Positions 13,562 to 26,088 of a stretch of 64,000 nt of DNA are shown one piece after another. A program made the position numbers and the translations under genes. The stretch is from Amoebophrya sp. A120 (lineage: Eukaryota > Protista > Dinoflagellata): assembly GCA_905178155.1 (NCBI GenBank), contig CAJINV010000005.1:8872449-8936448 (forward strand), in the 5' to 3' direction. Under the pieces are notes generated by a model. The model did not search any database and was not told the origin of the DNA. It worked only from the letters and a program-made list of their open reading frames with translations. Within the stretch, counting starts at the first letter, position 1. Every line of letters begins with the position of its first letter.

Positions 13562-13861
13562 TATCAAATGCAAATCATGTGTCTGGGTCTGGAAGAGTGC
13601 AGATTTTTGCCAATGCCATGCTGTTTTTGCATGACACGGAAGGTCTGTCATGGAAGCCCTAGCATCACAGATTTCGAGAAGCTTCCGCATTGGCATTCTT
13701 GTTTAAACCGCACGACAAATCCCCCACTTTCGTGAAAGAAATAGAAAATGGACATCTTTTTCTTTCTCTTTGACTGCCTATGCATGACAGATTTGTCTGT
13801 GTTGTGAAATCCGCGTCACAAGTTCGCATCCTTTCAGACCCAGACATCTTTGCATTTCATA
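13562..13861. mobile_element. Introner, family A
   Basis: tatcaaatgcaaat..gtctgggtctgg / cagacccagacatctttgcatttcata; DR tgatc/tgatt. Confidence 0.88.
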
Positions 13862-13959
13862 TGATTTCGCGGGCGGTGATCAGGTGGAATGCCGATGCGA
13901 TTTTTTCCTTCGCCTTCCTCTATCAAACGCACGGCGTGTCCTAAAAGCTCGAACACTAA

Positions 13960-14330
13960 ACTTTTTTGCAGTTGCACTGCAAAAAAGATGATGCTGAAGG
14001 CAGCGACTGCAGCAAAGTGTTGTTTGACTGCAGAAAAGATGGAACGGACTGCAGGAAAGTGTTGTTTTCAAAGAGTAACGGATAACGGATCGAAGAAAGA
14101 GCAACGGTTAACGGATTTAACAAAGAGTAACGGCTAACGGCCTGCCCACCACGCCCCCATAGTGCCCCTTTCGCGTCTTTTTTGCAGTGGAGCCAATCTT
14201 TTTTGCAGTGGAGGCCAATCTTTTTTGCAGTGGAGGCAATCTTTTTTGCAGTGGAGGCCATCTTTTTTGCAGTGAGTGCCATCTTTTCTGCAGTCGAGGA
14301 CATCTGTTTGGCAGTGGAAGCTGCCAGCTC
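13960..14330. repeat. 21-bp minisatellite (ATCTTTTTTGCAGTGGAGGCA-like) with inverted degenerate copies upstream
   Basis: About 6-7 tandem units at 14176-14310; actgcaaaaaagat-type reverse copies at ~13975-14060. Confidence 0.8.
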
Positions 14331-15129
14331 TGCAATACAGACCCGCCGCCCTCGCCTTCTGCGAAGCCGCAGGCGGGCCTGCCATGTGCCCCCCTGCAGT
14401 CACGTCTTGATGCAAGGCCGCCTGCAGTCGCCTCTTGCCGAAGGACCGGCTGCAGTGGAGTGCCCCTTCGAAGAAGGCGTGCAACAATGAATCCCACCCG
14501 CAGGTAGGCCAACGATGGCCCCACCATAGCCGCCCCCCCTTGAGGAAGCCGAGATGCTCCATCTTGGGCTTCTTCCCTCTCGAAACGGGGGCGAGCGGAG
14601 CCCTCCTTGAAAAAGGCGGGATCCCTACCTGGAAAAGGGAGGGCCCCTCAATGATCCGGTCCTGGAGAACCCTGGAGATGCATGGGAGGAGCTCCTCGGC
14701 TCTCCTGCACGCAGTTGAAGATCTTCTTGTAGTTCATGATCAGGCCTGCCAGCCTCCTCATTCCCGACGCCCACATCCCCGCAACCTCGTCGCTTCCCGA
14801 TCCCCCAACCTGCGTCGCTACCCCCTTCCCTAGTCTCCTTCCCGCCCTTTTCTGTGTGCCCCATAGATTCCGCGGGTTCCCAGAATCTATTCCCCATGCG
14901 AAACGCAAAAACCAACGCGGGCGAGATAGGGGCCCGAGCTACTGACGCAACGACCCTCCTCTCAGAACAAAACGGCCAGCAGGCACAGACCTACTTTCTT
15001 AGCCCCTTCTACTAACTTGGGCGAGCCTGCGGCAACTCGCACAAAAACAAGCGGGCCACTTGCTGTGACAGTTGCTGAAGTGCTTGTCGTCGTCCCCACA
15101 CTTGTCGACAAGCGGATCATCTGCGGCCG

Positions 15130-17070
15130 CGCGCGGTCTGAGGTGCGCCCGCGCGCAGCGCGCAGCAGCCTGCGCACGCAGGCGCCTACGTTCGGCGCCA
15201 GGTGCCTCCAGGCCTCCGACATCCGGGCGCGACGCAGAAAATTTTTTCCCGCTCCAAGGCCAAGGCGCCTGCGCGCACGCAACGCGCGATCGCTTTTTCC
15301 TCGGCCAGCCCGCGACACCTGGAAGCGAAAAAAAATTGCGTCGCGCCCCCACCAGGTTCGGGGGCCTGCGCGCGCGGCGCGCGAATAGATTTTCCCGGCG
15401 GCAAGACCCCGACGAGCGGGCGCGTAAAAAAAAATCTGTCGCACCCCCACCAGGTCAGGGCGCCTGCGCGCGCAACGAGCGCGCGAATAATTTTTTTTTC
15501 GGCCAGCCACCGACTGCTGGACACAAAACAAAACTATGGACGTCGCGCCCCGATCAGGTCAGGGCACGCGCGCGCGCAGGGTGGTGAATTTTTTTTCGGC
15601 CAGCCCCGATTGGTGGGCACGTAAGAATTTTTTTGGGCCAGCCCTCGATTGCTGGACGCGCAAAAAAAACACACGAATGTCGCGCCCTCACCAGGTCAGG
15701 GCGCCTGCGCGCGCAGGGCGCTAAAATCTTTTCTCTGCCAGGTCCTGACTGCTGGGACGACGCGACAAAAAAATTGGCGGAGTCACCAGGTCAGGGCGCC
15801 TGTGCGCGCAGCGCGCGAAAATTTTTTCGCTTCGGCCAGTCCCTGATCGGTGGACGCGAAAAAAAATTCAGCCGCGCCCTCACCAGGCCAGGGCGCCTGC
15901 GCGCGCAGCGCGCGAAAATTTTTTTTCGGCCAGCCCCCGACTGCTGGGCGCCAAAAAAAATTATGAATGTTGCGCCCGAACCAGGCCAGAGCCCCTGCGC
16001 GCGCAAGGCGCTACAAATTTTCTCGGCCAGCCCTCGGTTGGTGGGCGCGTAAAAAAAAATCAGTCGCGCCCTCACGAGGTCAGGGCACCTGCGCGCGCAG
16101 CAAGCGACAAACTTTTTTCGGCATCCCCCCGACTGCTGGATGCGAAGAAAAAAAAGAATGTCGCGCCCTCGCCAGGTCAGAGCGCCTGCGCGCGCAGGGC
16201 GCTCAGTTTGTTTTTTTTTTTCGGGCAGGCCACGATTGTCGGACGCGACAAAAAAATTACCGGCCTCACCAGGTCAGGGAGCCTGCGCGCGCAACGCGGG
16301 AAAAATTTTTTTCCTTCGGCCAGCCCCTGGTTGGTGGGCGCGTAAAAAAAACTCAGCCGCGCCCCCACCAGGTCAGGGCGCTTGCGCGCGCAGCGCGCGA
16401 TAGTTTTTTTTTCGACCAGCCCCCGATTGCTGGGCGCCAAAAAAAATTGTAAACGTTGCGCCCAAACCGGGCCAGAGCGCCTGCGCGCGCAGGTCGCTAA
16501 AAATTTTCTCGGCCAGCCCCCGAATGGTGGACGCGTGAAGCAAATTCCGTCGCGCCCTCACGGGGTCAGGGCACCTGCGCGCGCAGCAAGCGACAAATTT
16601 TTTTCGGCCAGCCCCCGATCGCTGGACGCGAAAAAAAAACTAAATGTCGCGCCCTCAACAGGTCCGGGCGCCTGCGCGCGCAGGGCGCACGCTAAAAATT
16701 GCATTTTTCGGCCAGTCCCGATTGGTGGACGTGAAAAAAAAACTCTATCGCGCCCGTACCAGGTCAGGGCGCCTGCGCGCGCAGCGCGCGAACTAATTTG
16801 CTCGGCCAGGCCCCGACTGCTGGACGCGAAAAAAAGACTATGAACGTGGCGCCCACACTAGGTCATGGAGCCTGCGCGCGCAGCGCGCGAAAAAAGTTTT
16901 TCGCTCCGGCCCGCAGCTACCGAAGCAGATCAGGGCGTCTGCGGGCGCGCAGCGCGCAACATTTTTTTTTCGGCCCGCCGCGGCCCTCGATTGCCGAACG
17001 CGACAAGGACATCGCAGGCAAGTACCAAAACAACGGCGCCTGTGCGGGCGCAACACGCCGACTTTTTTTC
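15130..17070. repeat. GC-rich tandem satellite, ~100-125 bp unit
   Basis: Recurrent ccaggtcagggcgcctgcgcgcgcagcgcgcg + T-run + cggccagccccc + A-run, about 15 diverged copies. Confidence 0.9.
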
Positions 17071-17736
17071 CCGCTCTTAAACGACAAAACACCACACACA
17101 CACCATCACCACTACCAACGACGGAGCCGAAATAGGTGCGCGCGGTAGGCAAAAGGCTTTTCCCGGCTCCGAGCGCAGGCAGAACACGAGAAGACGCTCG
17201 CGCCCTTCCGAAGTAAAAAGCCAAAGCGCGTGCTGCGTGCGACAACCATTTTCGTGGCTGACCCCCGGTCGCCCGGCTCGAAAAGCGCTGCGCATCTTCC
17301 CAAAGTGTTTGCGCAAATGGCAAAAAGTAAATCGCCCCACTTACGACAGTTCCGCCGCATTCTGCCCACGGGGGCCAGGAAACGAATGCAAGTTTTTCAG
17401 CAGAGGCACATGCGCAACTGCAGAAAAGAACGGCAACTGCAGTAAAGTTATGTGTTCATTTTTTTAGATTTCCGAACGGAATATTTCTGGGTCTTGAACA
17501 CTTCAACTTGTCATTCTCACTCTGAATTATGCAGAAATCTGTTGTGCATGCTTAGCAAAAGCTGTCTACTTCCGACCAAGTTCAGACGGAAGTTCTCATG
17601 AAGGATAGGCATGATATTCGAGACCTCACAGAACGACCTGTCACGCTAGGACCTGAACTCTAGACATCAGGGATCATGGAAAACCTGCATGACAAGTCTT
17701 GTAATCTTCCAGACCCAGACAAATTTGCATTGGATA

Positions 17737-19450
17737 TGATCTTTTCTTCCTCGGCTTTTTTCTGGATCTCCTCCGCTTTCGCGGCCTGCGCAGCAGCCTC
17801 GGTTTCCTCCTATGCATTGAAAATATGTCTGGGCCTGGAAGGATGGAGCTTGTTATGCGAAGTCTTGGTCACAGAAGAAATTTGCGTTGCACGGCTGCCA
17901 AAAGTTGCCCACATCTCACTAGGCACAAAACTGAGTTCTCATCGAGGACAGGCCTGGGAAAGGTCTGGCAAGATCTGTGATACTTCTGCGTGCATTCAAA
18001 GCCACGTGGTGAGTGTGGTAGCGGTCCGTGGGATGCATGACAACTCGTTCATTTTTTCAACAGCCCAATACATACATATTGCATTTGATACGTCCTCGCG
18101 CTTTTTCATCTCCGCCTCCAATAACTGACGTATGCATTGGAAAAGTGTGCGGGTCCCTGTTTGTGATGACATGATATATGACTTTCCTTGTGGCAACATG
18201 ACCTGTGAGCAACGCATGAAGAGCGGTGCTGGGCGGTCTTGCTGCCATGCTGCAAGCCGTTGAATCATGCGAACTACGCGGGCGAATCAATCTGCAATGA
18301 ACCTCGTATGCTGTCTGCCTGTATGCCGCACGGGAGTAAGAAGACCGGAGTGCGGCCGATGTTGTCGACGGGACCAGCCTGCCAAACTTTTGCGGGACTG
18401 CGCACGTTTGTAGTGGATACGCCGCTGCGCCGCCACTTGGGCGTCCGTGTACTCGGTCGCCGTCTGGACGGCTGAGGCCGCGCTCTGATCGGCGTACGTG
18501 GTCATCTCGGCCACGTTGGTGTGCAGCTCCTGTCGCATCGCCATCCTCAGCAAAAACGCCCCCGCCCCACAGTCAGGCTGGGAACAAGTCTGCTATATCC
18601 AGTGCAAAAGTATCGCACTCGTACTAACTGCAAATGCAATCTTGGTCTTGCCTGACAAACCTGCCTTCTTACCTAAATTAGCATTACAAATTACATTTTT
18701 CTTTCTGATAAAATTGGTAATGCAATTTATGCTAGAAGTACGATACTTTTGCAATGCATATGCTAGACAGGTCAACAGCTTTTCCGCTTCCCCTTTGGCT
18801 ATGCGCATGACAAATTCGGGATCGTAGTGTAATTATGCTTAGGTAAGCAGTGCAACAGCATCACAGATGCGCCAGCTTACGGTGATTCAAGCATAACAAA
18901 TTCCAAAACATCAGCAACGCGCGCCCCCAGTCGGGCTGCGCAACATGAAGGGCAGTTTACTTACACCGACAGGCTTCACTTGCGTCGCAGCCATGGGACG
19001 GAGACGTTTTCCAATGAGTAAGCGCCTCCGTGTTGGCGTCCGCCGCGGCCAGCCCGGTGCGCAGATCGGCCCGCAACTCTGCGGCTTCTTGCTGGATTTC
19101 TTCCCGGTTTAACTGCAATCCCGCATGGAGCTGTTGGGACAACTCCGCCTATCGAATGCAAAAGTGTCTGGGTCTGGATAAGTGCACATATTTGTAATGC
19201 TGTTTTTGCATGCCAGAAAGTCTGCCATGCAAGCCCTAGCATCACAGGTTTTGAGAAGGTCCTTCAAATTCAATGCCTAATCCGCATGACAGATCCCGTC
19301 TTTCCGTGGCGAGATGTGGGCGCTTTTTGCTCTCCACGCATGACAGATTCTTGTGTGCACTGTGATACGCATCACAAGTTTGCATCTTTCCAGACCCAGA
19401 CAAATTTGCAATGCATATCGTCATCCCATCGGCCATCTTATTCATCCCAT
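17737..19450 (-). CDS. Fragments of a coiled-coil protein gene or pseudogene (model unresolved)
   Basis: Frames LQLNREEIQQEAAELRADLR, RQELHTNVAEMTTYADQ and EAEMKKRE|ETEAAAQAAKAEEIQKKAEEEK between introners; one junction gave stops in the frames I tried. Confidence 0.35.
17811..18090. mobile_element. Introner, family A
   Basis: tatgcattgaaatatgtctggg / catattgcatttgata; DR cctcc/cgtcc. Confidence 0.8.
18596..18760. mobile_element. Introner, family B
   Basis: tatccagtgcaaaagtatcg / cgatacttttgcaatgcata; perfect DR tgcta. Confidence 0.9.
19150..19417. mobile_element. Introner, family A
   Basis: tatcgaatgcaaaagtgtctgggtctgga / tccagacccagacaaatttgcaatgcata; flanks ccgcc/tcgtc. Confidence 0.88.
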
Positions 19451-21662
19451 CTGCAAGTTCTTCTTGTCCAGAGGAATATTATGTCAAAAAGAGTCCCCAC
19501 CCCTGAACAAATACGTACCTACGAAACAGCTAGGGTCTCTAATGGTTGCTGGACAAAATTTCCTCTGTGTTGCGCATGCTCGTAAAACAACAACAAGGTG
19601 TTCATGTACATTATCACTCAATTTGGGTTATTTCTGTTTCTTTTTAGTAGCCAAACAGTTACTTACCTACTCATCAAAATCGTAAATCGGCCTTTCTATC
19701 GTGCAAAACAAATAACAAGTCGCAAAAATTGAGAAAGACTATGACCTGTGGTGAAAATGAATAAAAGGCTGAGGGGCAATGATATCAAATAGAAAGGCCT
19801 ATCAATAGGACACAACAAAACTCCGGCTGTTCATGGGAGCGATACGTTGCAGTTACAAGGTGGGGACTCTTTTCAATTTGATAAATTAAGACCGCCGATC
19901 TGCTCCTCCACCCCCTTGATATCCTTCCAAAAATGGCCTGCACTCCATACCCACTGCCCGAGCTGTGTATCTGCATGTAGTTTCTGTCGTAATGCCAGAA
20001 CGACAGAGATTGTACTGAATGCCAGATGCAGATCCAATTTAGATAATCAGGGAGGGCCAGAACCGATTGCAAAAAAAACATTTCCAATTCCTATGCATGT
20101 GGTCTTGGTCATATATATATTGCATGACAGGTATGACTTTGCAAAGATCGAAGTGAGTGTGGAGTGGCATGAGATGTTCGTGCGATAGGACACGCGGCGG
20201 TCCATCGCCGCCTTTTCGTCGGCCTCCTTCTTCTTCGTGGATTCGTTCTTGAAGATCTGTTTTTTTTTTTTCAAGAATTGTTGGATCTCTCTTTGAAATT
20301 TGAAAGAAGAATAACAAAACTATCCAGAAGATGCAGTAAAGATCATCTCATGCAGAACAACTACTGTGCAGAGGCAGATTAGCAGATTTAAATACCGGCA
20401 TTTCCCCCTGTTTGTGCGGCGGTAGAACGAATTGAGGATGCCAAGGTCCAAGAAGCAGTCCGAACGCGGTGCGAAGTTCCGTACGATTCTCAGTTTTCCT
20501 TTTCTTGTTGAATTCTTAATAAAGGAAACTTGATGCCTCCTTGTTGTAGTAATCTCAAACTTCTTTCGAACTTCTACTTCAACTTCAACTTGTACTAATC
20601 TCAAAGTAAGCTTCTACTTCAACTCCTTTCTTATTGTTATTGGTGGCTTTCCATCAAAATTTTGCGTCGTCCTGTGTTGATGATTGACTTCGAAGTGGAA
20701 TGTCGGTGAATTCAGTGGTAATCGGTCCCTAAGCATCAGCTATCGCGCTCAAATCAAGAAAAAAAAACGGAGATGGAGATACAACTACTTAATTAGTGCG
20801 TCAATATTTACACCGTCCATGATTTCATCTTTGTCTGGTTCTGTGACTGTATTGCTGCTTCTCCTTCCATCACAAGCAGATCTTCCGGCACCAGAAAAAA
20901 CAAACAGATGGAGGATTATATGGGTAGGCTCAGGAAAGATCCCCCTAAACATCATAATTCCTCGCTTTTGCAGAACTGCCGTCTTCACACGGAGATCTTC
21001 CGGCACAAGAAAAAACACACAGATGGAGGGCCATATGGCGAAAATTAGGCTCGAGAGTACGAGTAGAGATCCCCTTAAATAAACATCATAACTCCTCGCT
21101 TTTGCAGAACTGGGACTGGCGTTTTTGCAACCCCTTTACTTCTAAGTATGCAGACAATTCAGAGTGTTTCCTGGCTCTCAAAGCTAATACATAGCCTCTT
21201 CTTTGATCATCAGGGCAATTTACCTCTACTTGCGCGTTCTTTGTTTCATCACAGCGTTTTTTTTTCTCTTCATCGAAGGAACAAACTCTTACGACTGGGA
21301 CTGTCGCATTGGTCGCCTGCCCTATAAGCGCACCAAGAAAAAAGGGCAGAAAACCACGGCCGCGGCGAGTCACCGGGCAAGCTTTGGTGCTGCCGGTTCG
21401 ATATACAGCTGAGTGTTTACGTTTTATTCAACAAGGTTTTGACCAGTGGCTCTTATCTTTGGGCGGATTCTTTGCTCTTTCTTGTCACTGTAAAGTTCCA
21501 GGAGACATCATAGATGTTTACTTAGTCTCGTTTCAGGTATGCTCGTCCTCGAAGCGTTCCTACTTGGGGACAAGATATTCTTTCGTGAACAAGTTTCATC
21601 GCCGAGCTGCCTCCAGCGCTACTTGCGGCAGAAGTAGACCGACTGTTCCTCTCAAGACCACA

Positions 21663-22058
21663 CTATCCTGTTTGAATCTGTTGATTCTTTCCAACACCAT
21701 CTCCGTTGTTCCGGTCGTCGACTAGAGCCAGCGCCTTCTGCAGCTGGGCGTTGAACAGCTCCTGAACCCGCTTGTCAATTAGTTTGTTGATGAGGGAGGT
21801 CGCGGCACCGTTTCGCAGCTCCTCCGCCAGGTATCTCCCGATGAGGTCCTGGAAGTGCGTCTGGCGGCTTTGTTCTATTTCCTGGATGGCATCATTGAAT
21901 TTCTGCTTCAGCTCTTCGACGTCGAGCTGCTGCTGTGCAACCCGGTTGGTTAAATCGGCCGCATGGCTGAGGTCTTTCGCCGCTTGTTCACCGAGCCCTT
22001 CCTTTGTCATTCGCACCACCTGGCTGTAAAGTGCACTAGTCCAGTTTCCGAGCTTCAC
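21663..22058 (-). CDS. Probable exon of a coiled-coil hypothetical protein
   Basis: 131-codon frame rich in E/Q/K/L heptads (VEELKQKFNDAIQEIEQ). Confidence 0.45.
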   Translation of the reverse strand: MKLGNWTSALYSQVVRMTKEGLGEQAAKDLSHAADLTNRVAQQQLDVEELKQKFNDAIQEIEQSRQTHFQDLIGRYLAEELRNGAATSLINKLIDKRVQELFNAQLQKALALVDDRNNGDGVGKNQQIQTG

Positions 22059-22134
22059 AACCGTCGCGTTTAGTGTGTGAAGCTTTTGCTTGTTGTCGGC
22101 GTGCCTTCTCTCCCACTTCTCTTCCTCGGTCTCC

Positions 22135-22387
22135 TATGCATTACAAATGTCTCTGGGTCTGGAAAAATGCTGCTGGAACTTGTCATGCTAAGTCTGGACC
22201 GTACGAAGACCTGTGCTGCATAATTACCACTAAAAGTCGGTTTTTGACCACGGCCAGAGGAAGCTTCTCACGCACATGATAGGCATGATAGCGACCTCAC
22301 AGAATCTGTAGCATCATGGGTCGGTCATGGAAAACCCGCATGGCAAACTTTTGATTCTTCCAGTCCCAGACATATTTGCACTTCATA
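22135..22387. mobile_element. Introner, family A
   Basis: tatgcattacaaatgtctctgggtctggaa / ttccagtcccagacatatttgcacttcata. Confidence 0.8.
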
Positions 22388-24056
22388 TTTCGTTTCTGCT
22401 CGGTCCCCGATTCCCCGTGTTCTCAGTTCCACTTTGCTCCACGTCTGACACATTCTCGTTCGCGGACGCGCCCTGAAGAGCAACTAGCTGTTCAGAAATC
22501 AAAGCCGCACGAAGCAAGTGTCGCAGCCCCATGTCTTGTACTCGTCACGGAAGATCCGCTAGCTACTAGTATTCCACGATCTGAAAAAAGGTGTGGCCCG
22601 AAGCGAGAACGAGAAGTTGAAGTACGAGGCTGAGGGCGTCGTCCTCGCCGTTCGGGGCGGTTCGTTTTCGTTCACTGCTTCTACGGTGCAGCTGCAGATG
22701 GATGGAGAAATTATTATCCAGGGATTGGCCTATCACATGGTATTCTTGCCTCCGGCTGATCGTACTGCACTATCATGAAGCCTGGACGACCTGCTCCTCA
22801 AGGTGCCGTGCGCGTAGCGGTGCGCACGCACGGTGAATCCACTCCCACAAGAAGCTTGTGCGACGCTGCTCTCCGCAGCCGCGGCCATGCAGGATCAAGC
22901 GCGGGTGGATCCTCCAGTCGGACGAACGAAAGACACTGTTCTCTTTTTGACAGATATTATTTGCAAGAACGAGTTGTACCGCTTAGGGCAACACAAATGA
23001 TTGAATTGACATAATTTAACCTTTTTATGTGAAAGAACATGAAATACGAGCCGCACCCGCACGGCGGATCCTGGGATCAAACAATAAGCCTGCTTATCTA
23101 TCACTAACCGGACGCATTTTTCCTGCGGTGTGTGCGCAGGCACTACGTTTTGATTGATGTACTCCAACTGCAGGCTTTTATGCAGCCGCGAAGCAGCCTC
23201 GCCTCTGTTTGGTGCAGATCATCTGGAGGTTGTACCAGAACGATTAATTGGAGACGTTCCAGTTGCGAACAACCATCACAAAAGACTGTTCTTTCGAAGC
23301 ACCAAGTTCCGTCCCACATTGCGCAGCTGGGAACGATTTTCTTTATTCTTTTCGGTCGATCATCAATGTGAAGTGTATCCCTTCTACTGCTCAAAAAAAA
23401 TATGTTGATTGTACAAGGCAATAAATCATGTTCAGTTGTTCATCTTCTTCATGTATACAAACTCTGCAATGTAATATGTGAAGTCGCTGTGAAGATGTCT
23501 AAGTATATGAAATGAAGTAAATTGTATTCGAAACCGAAACGTCGTGTCATTATATTTTTTTGTTATCTCCTTTTTCACGAGTATCATGCCAACCAAACTT
23601 ATTTCTCTAGGTGGCGAAATATCATCAGATTTCGAAACTCAGCATTGAAAGCGTCTTTTTCTAGTATCATACAGTACCTACAGCTATAATCGATTCTCTG
23701 TTTCAATAAATTATACATCGGCATGAAAGCCACAGCTACCACACGACCCGGCATCCGCTCGCGATCCCTACCGCCCGACATTCTACCACCTTGTGCTGTG
23801 TAGCAACGAAACACGAGACCGTTTCTTTTGGTAGTTGTGCTGTATAGCAACGGACTCGGACAACTTTCTATTTCAATTTCTTTCTACTTTCTTATAAATG
23901 CGCCAACGGTGCGATGCAATGAATCAACTACAGCATGCGGACATAAATTCATTTCACCAAGAAGTACGGAGTCAACGATCTTATTCGAGTTACGTTGCTC
24001 ACGCTGCTCCGTTTGATACACCAGGCGCCGGGGAATTATCGTTCCGGCGAGTCCTC

Positions 24057-24287
24057 TATCAAATGCAAATATGTCTGCGTCTGGAAAAGTGGAACTTGTC
24101 ATGCGTGTCTTGCAACCCGAGAAAATCTGTGTTGCGTCAACAGCAGAAGGGCAGCTTCCTTTGTCATGCTCATGCAACAAGAACGCAATGCTTAATGCGC
24201 AATAAACATCAAAAAGCTCGTGTTGCAATCTCACACAACAGCAAATCGGCATTACAAGTTTCCAGACCAAAACATTTGCACTGCATA
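24057..24287. mobile_element. Introner, family A
   Basis: tatcaaatgcaaatatgtctgcgtctggaa left TIR; perfect DR tcctc. Confidence 0.9.
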
Positions 24288-24927
24288 TCCTCTGGTGCGG
24301 TATGGAGTGCTATCACGTGGGAAAAAGAAGTACCCACCCCAGAGACGCAGACGCGCGGCTGCTGCAACTTCTGGCTCTTGCAGCAGACGTCGAGACCTAC
24401 AAGACATTAGACAGCTCTGGGGCGGTTTCATATTTTTACCTAGGATAGGCGCAGAGCTGTCATCATCCTGGAGGTGTCTTCGTCCAATTCCTTATTCATT
24501 GTGAGGAAAAATCTCCCCTCCCCAGCAACACAAATTGTCTTTTGACTATGGGATGGGGGCTTTTTTCACTTTGATATTCCTATTTCCTCCACCTTCATCC
24601 GCGCAAAGCCACGGCTCTCTCACAAGAGTGTGGAGATCTTTCTGTAGCATAAAAAAATGCGTAGTTCAATTTCCACGTCGAAGATGACAAGATCAAGAAA
24701 ACAGCTCCTCGCTTTTTTGAGTATGGAATGCAAGAAAAAAACCGTCCATGGTCAAGATTTGCAAATCATTTTAGTTCTCGAGGAAAAATTCCTTCAGCAG
24801 GTGCAGGGCGTATTTTTCTGTTCGAGGAATCGATGTGCGTCATGGAAATATAAGAACGGCGAGAATCATCATCAAGTCACAAACCCCCATGCATCACAAC
24901 TGGCATTTTCGCAAACAGAAACACCCT

Positions 24928-25192
24928 TATCAAATGTAAAAATGTCTGGGTCTGGAAGAATGCGCGATTTGTCATGCAGCTTTTCCATGCATGAGGTCTG
25001 GTTCTGGAATGCAGGACCTAGCATGACAGATTGTGGGCGATCTCTCTCATGCCTTTCCTGCATGAGAAACTCCCTCGCGACTTGGTCAAAACTAGACGAC
25101 TTTTGGCAATCATGCAACACAGATTTTTGCATGCTTCAGATTTAGCATGAGAAGTTCCATTCTTCCAGACCCAGACATTTTTACATTTGATA
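24928..25192. mobile_element. Introner, family A, young copy
   Basis: Perfect TIR tatcaaatgtaaaaatgtctgggtctggaagaatg; perfect DR accct. Confidence 0.95.
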
Positions 25193-25813
25193 ACCCTGGA
25201 GTTGGAGCAAAAGTAAGTACTTATAAAGTGCAAATGCGTCTGGGTCTGGAAAGCTGTTCTTGAGCTGTAGTGCGTTGTAACCCGGATGAGAGTTCGCGTA
25301 TTTGCATGACAAATTCCCTACTCTGCATATACAGACTTCAGGAGTATGGTGCGCATTCAAGAATCCGAATGTTACAGTCTTCCAGATCTAGACATATTTG
25401 CAATACCTAAAGTTCAAACCTACTCGTTTGGGCCAAGGATGGGTCATTTTCTCAGATACTGCTTTCCGTAGTCGTAGGCGTCTTTCGCATCTCGCATTAT
25501 TTGCAGTACGTCAATAGGTCCTGGTCCTGCGCAATATGGGCATGCAAACTCTTCTTGGTGTGAAAAAGTGGAAGCAAGCTTCTTTGTCATGTGCGGTGGG
25601 CGGTTGAATTTATTTGTGTAATAAATTTACAAAAGTACTCATAATCTCGGATATGTCATGCAAGCATAGCAAAGTGAGTAAGTAAAAAACACTACCTGCA
25701 AACGTACACTCCATGCATGCCCCACTGACCTTCCTCAAGAGCCTTTTGCATCACAATCCAACGAGAACGAGTAGCGCAACTGCATGAGTCGACTGTTGTC
25801 TGCATCCAAGAAA

Positions 25814-26088
25814 TATCAAATGCGAATAAGCCTGGGTTTGGAAGATTGCAAGACTTGTCATGCAGGTTTTCCATGGCTCTGGTTCTGGAATGCGGTACCT
25901 AGCATAACAAACTGCTCAGTGAGATCCTTACTATGCCTATCGTGAATGAGAAGCTCCCTCTTAACTTGGTCAAAGCCGCAAACTGGACAGCTTTTGGTAA
26001 TCATGCATCACAGATTTTGCTCTGCATAATCCAGACGAAGCATGACAAGTTGGAACACGTCCAGACCCAGACATATTTGCACTGGAAA
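25814..26088. mobile_element. Introner, family A
   Basis: Internal sequence similar to 24928-25192; flanks agaaa/agaga. Confidence 0.82.

Noticed and set aside
14962-17323. Many ORFs such as HQVRAPARA repeats
   Set aside because: Translations of the satellite.
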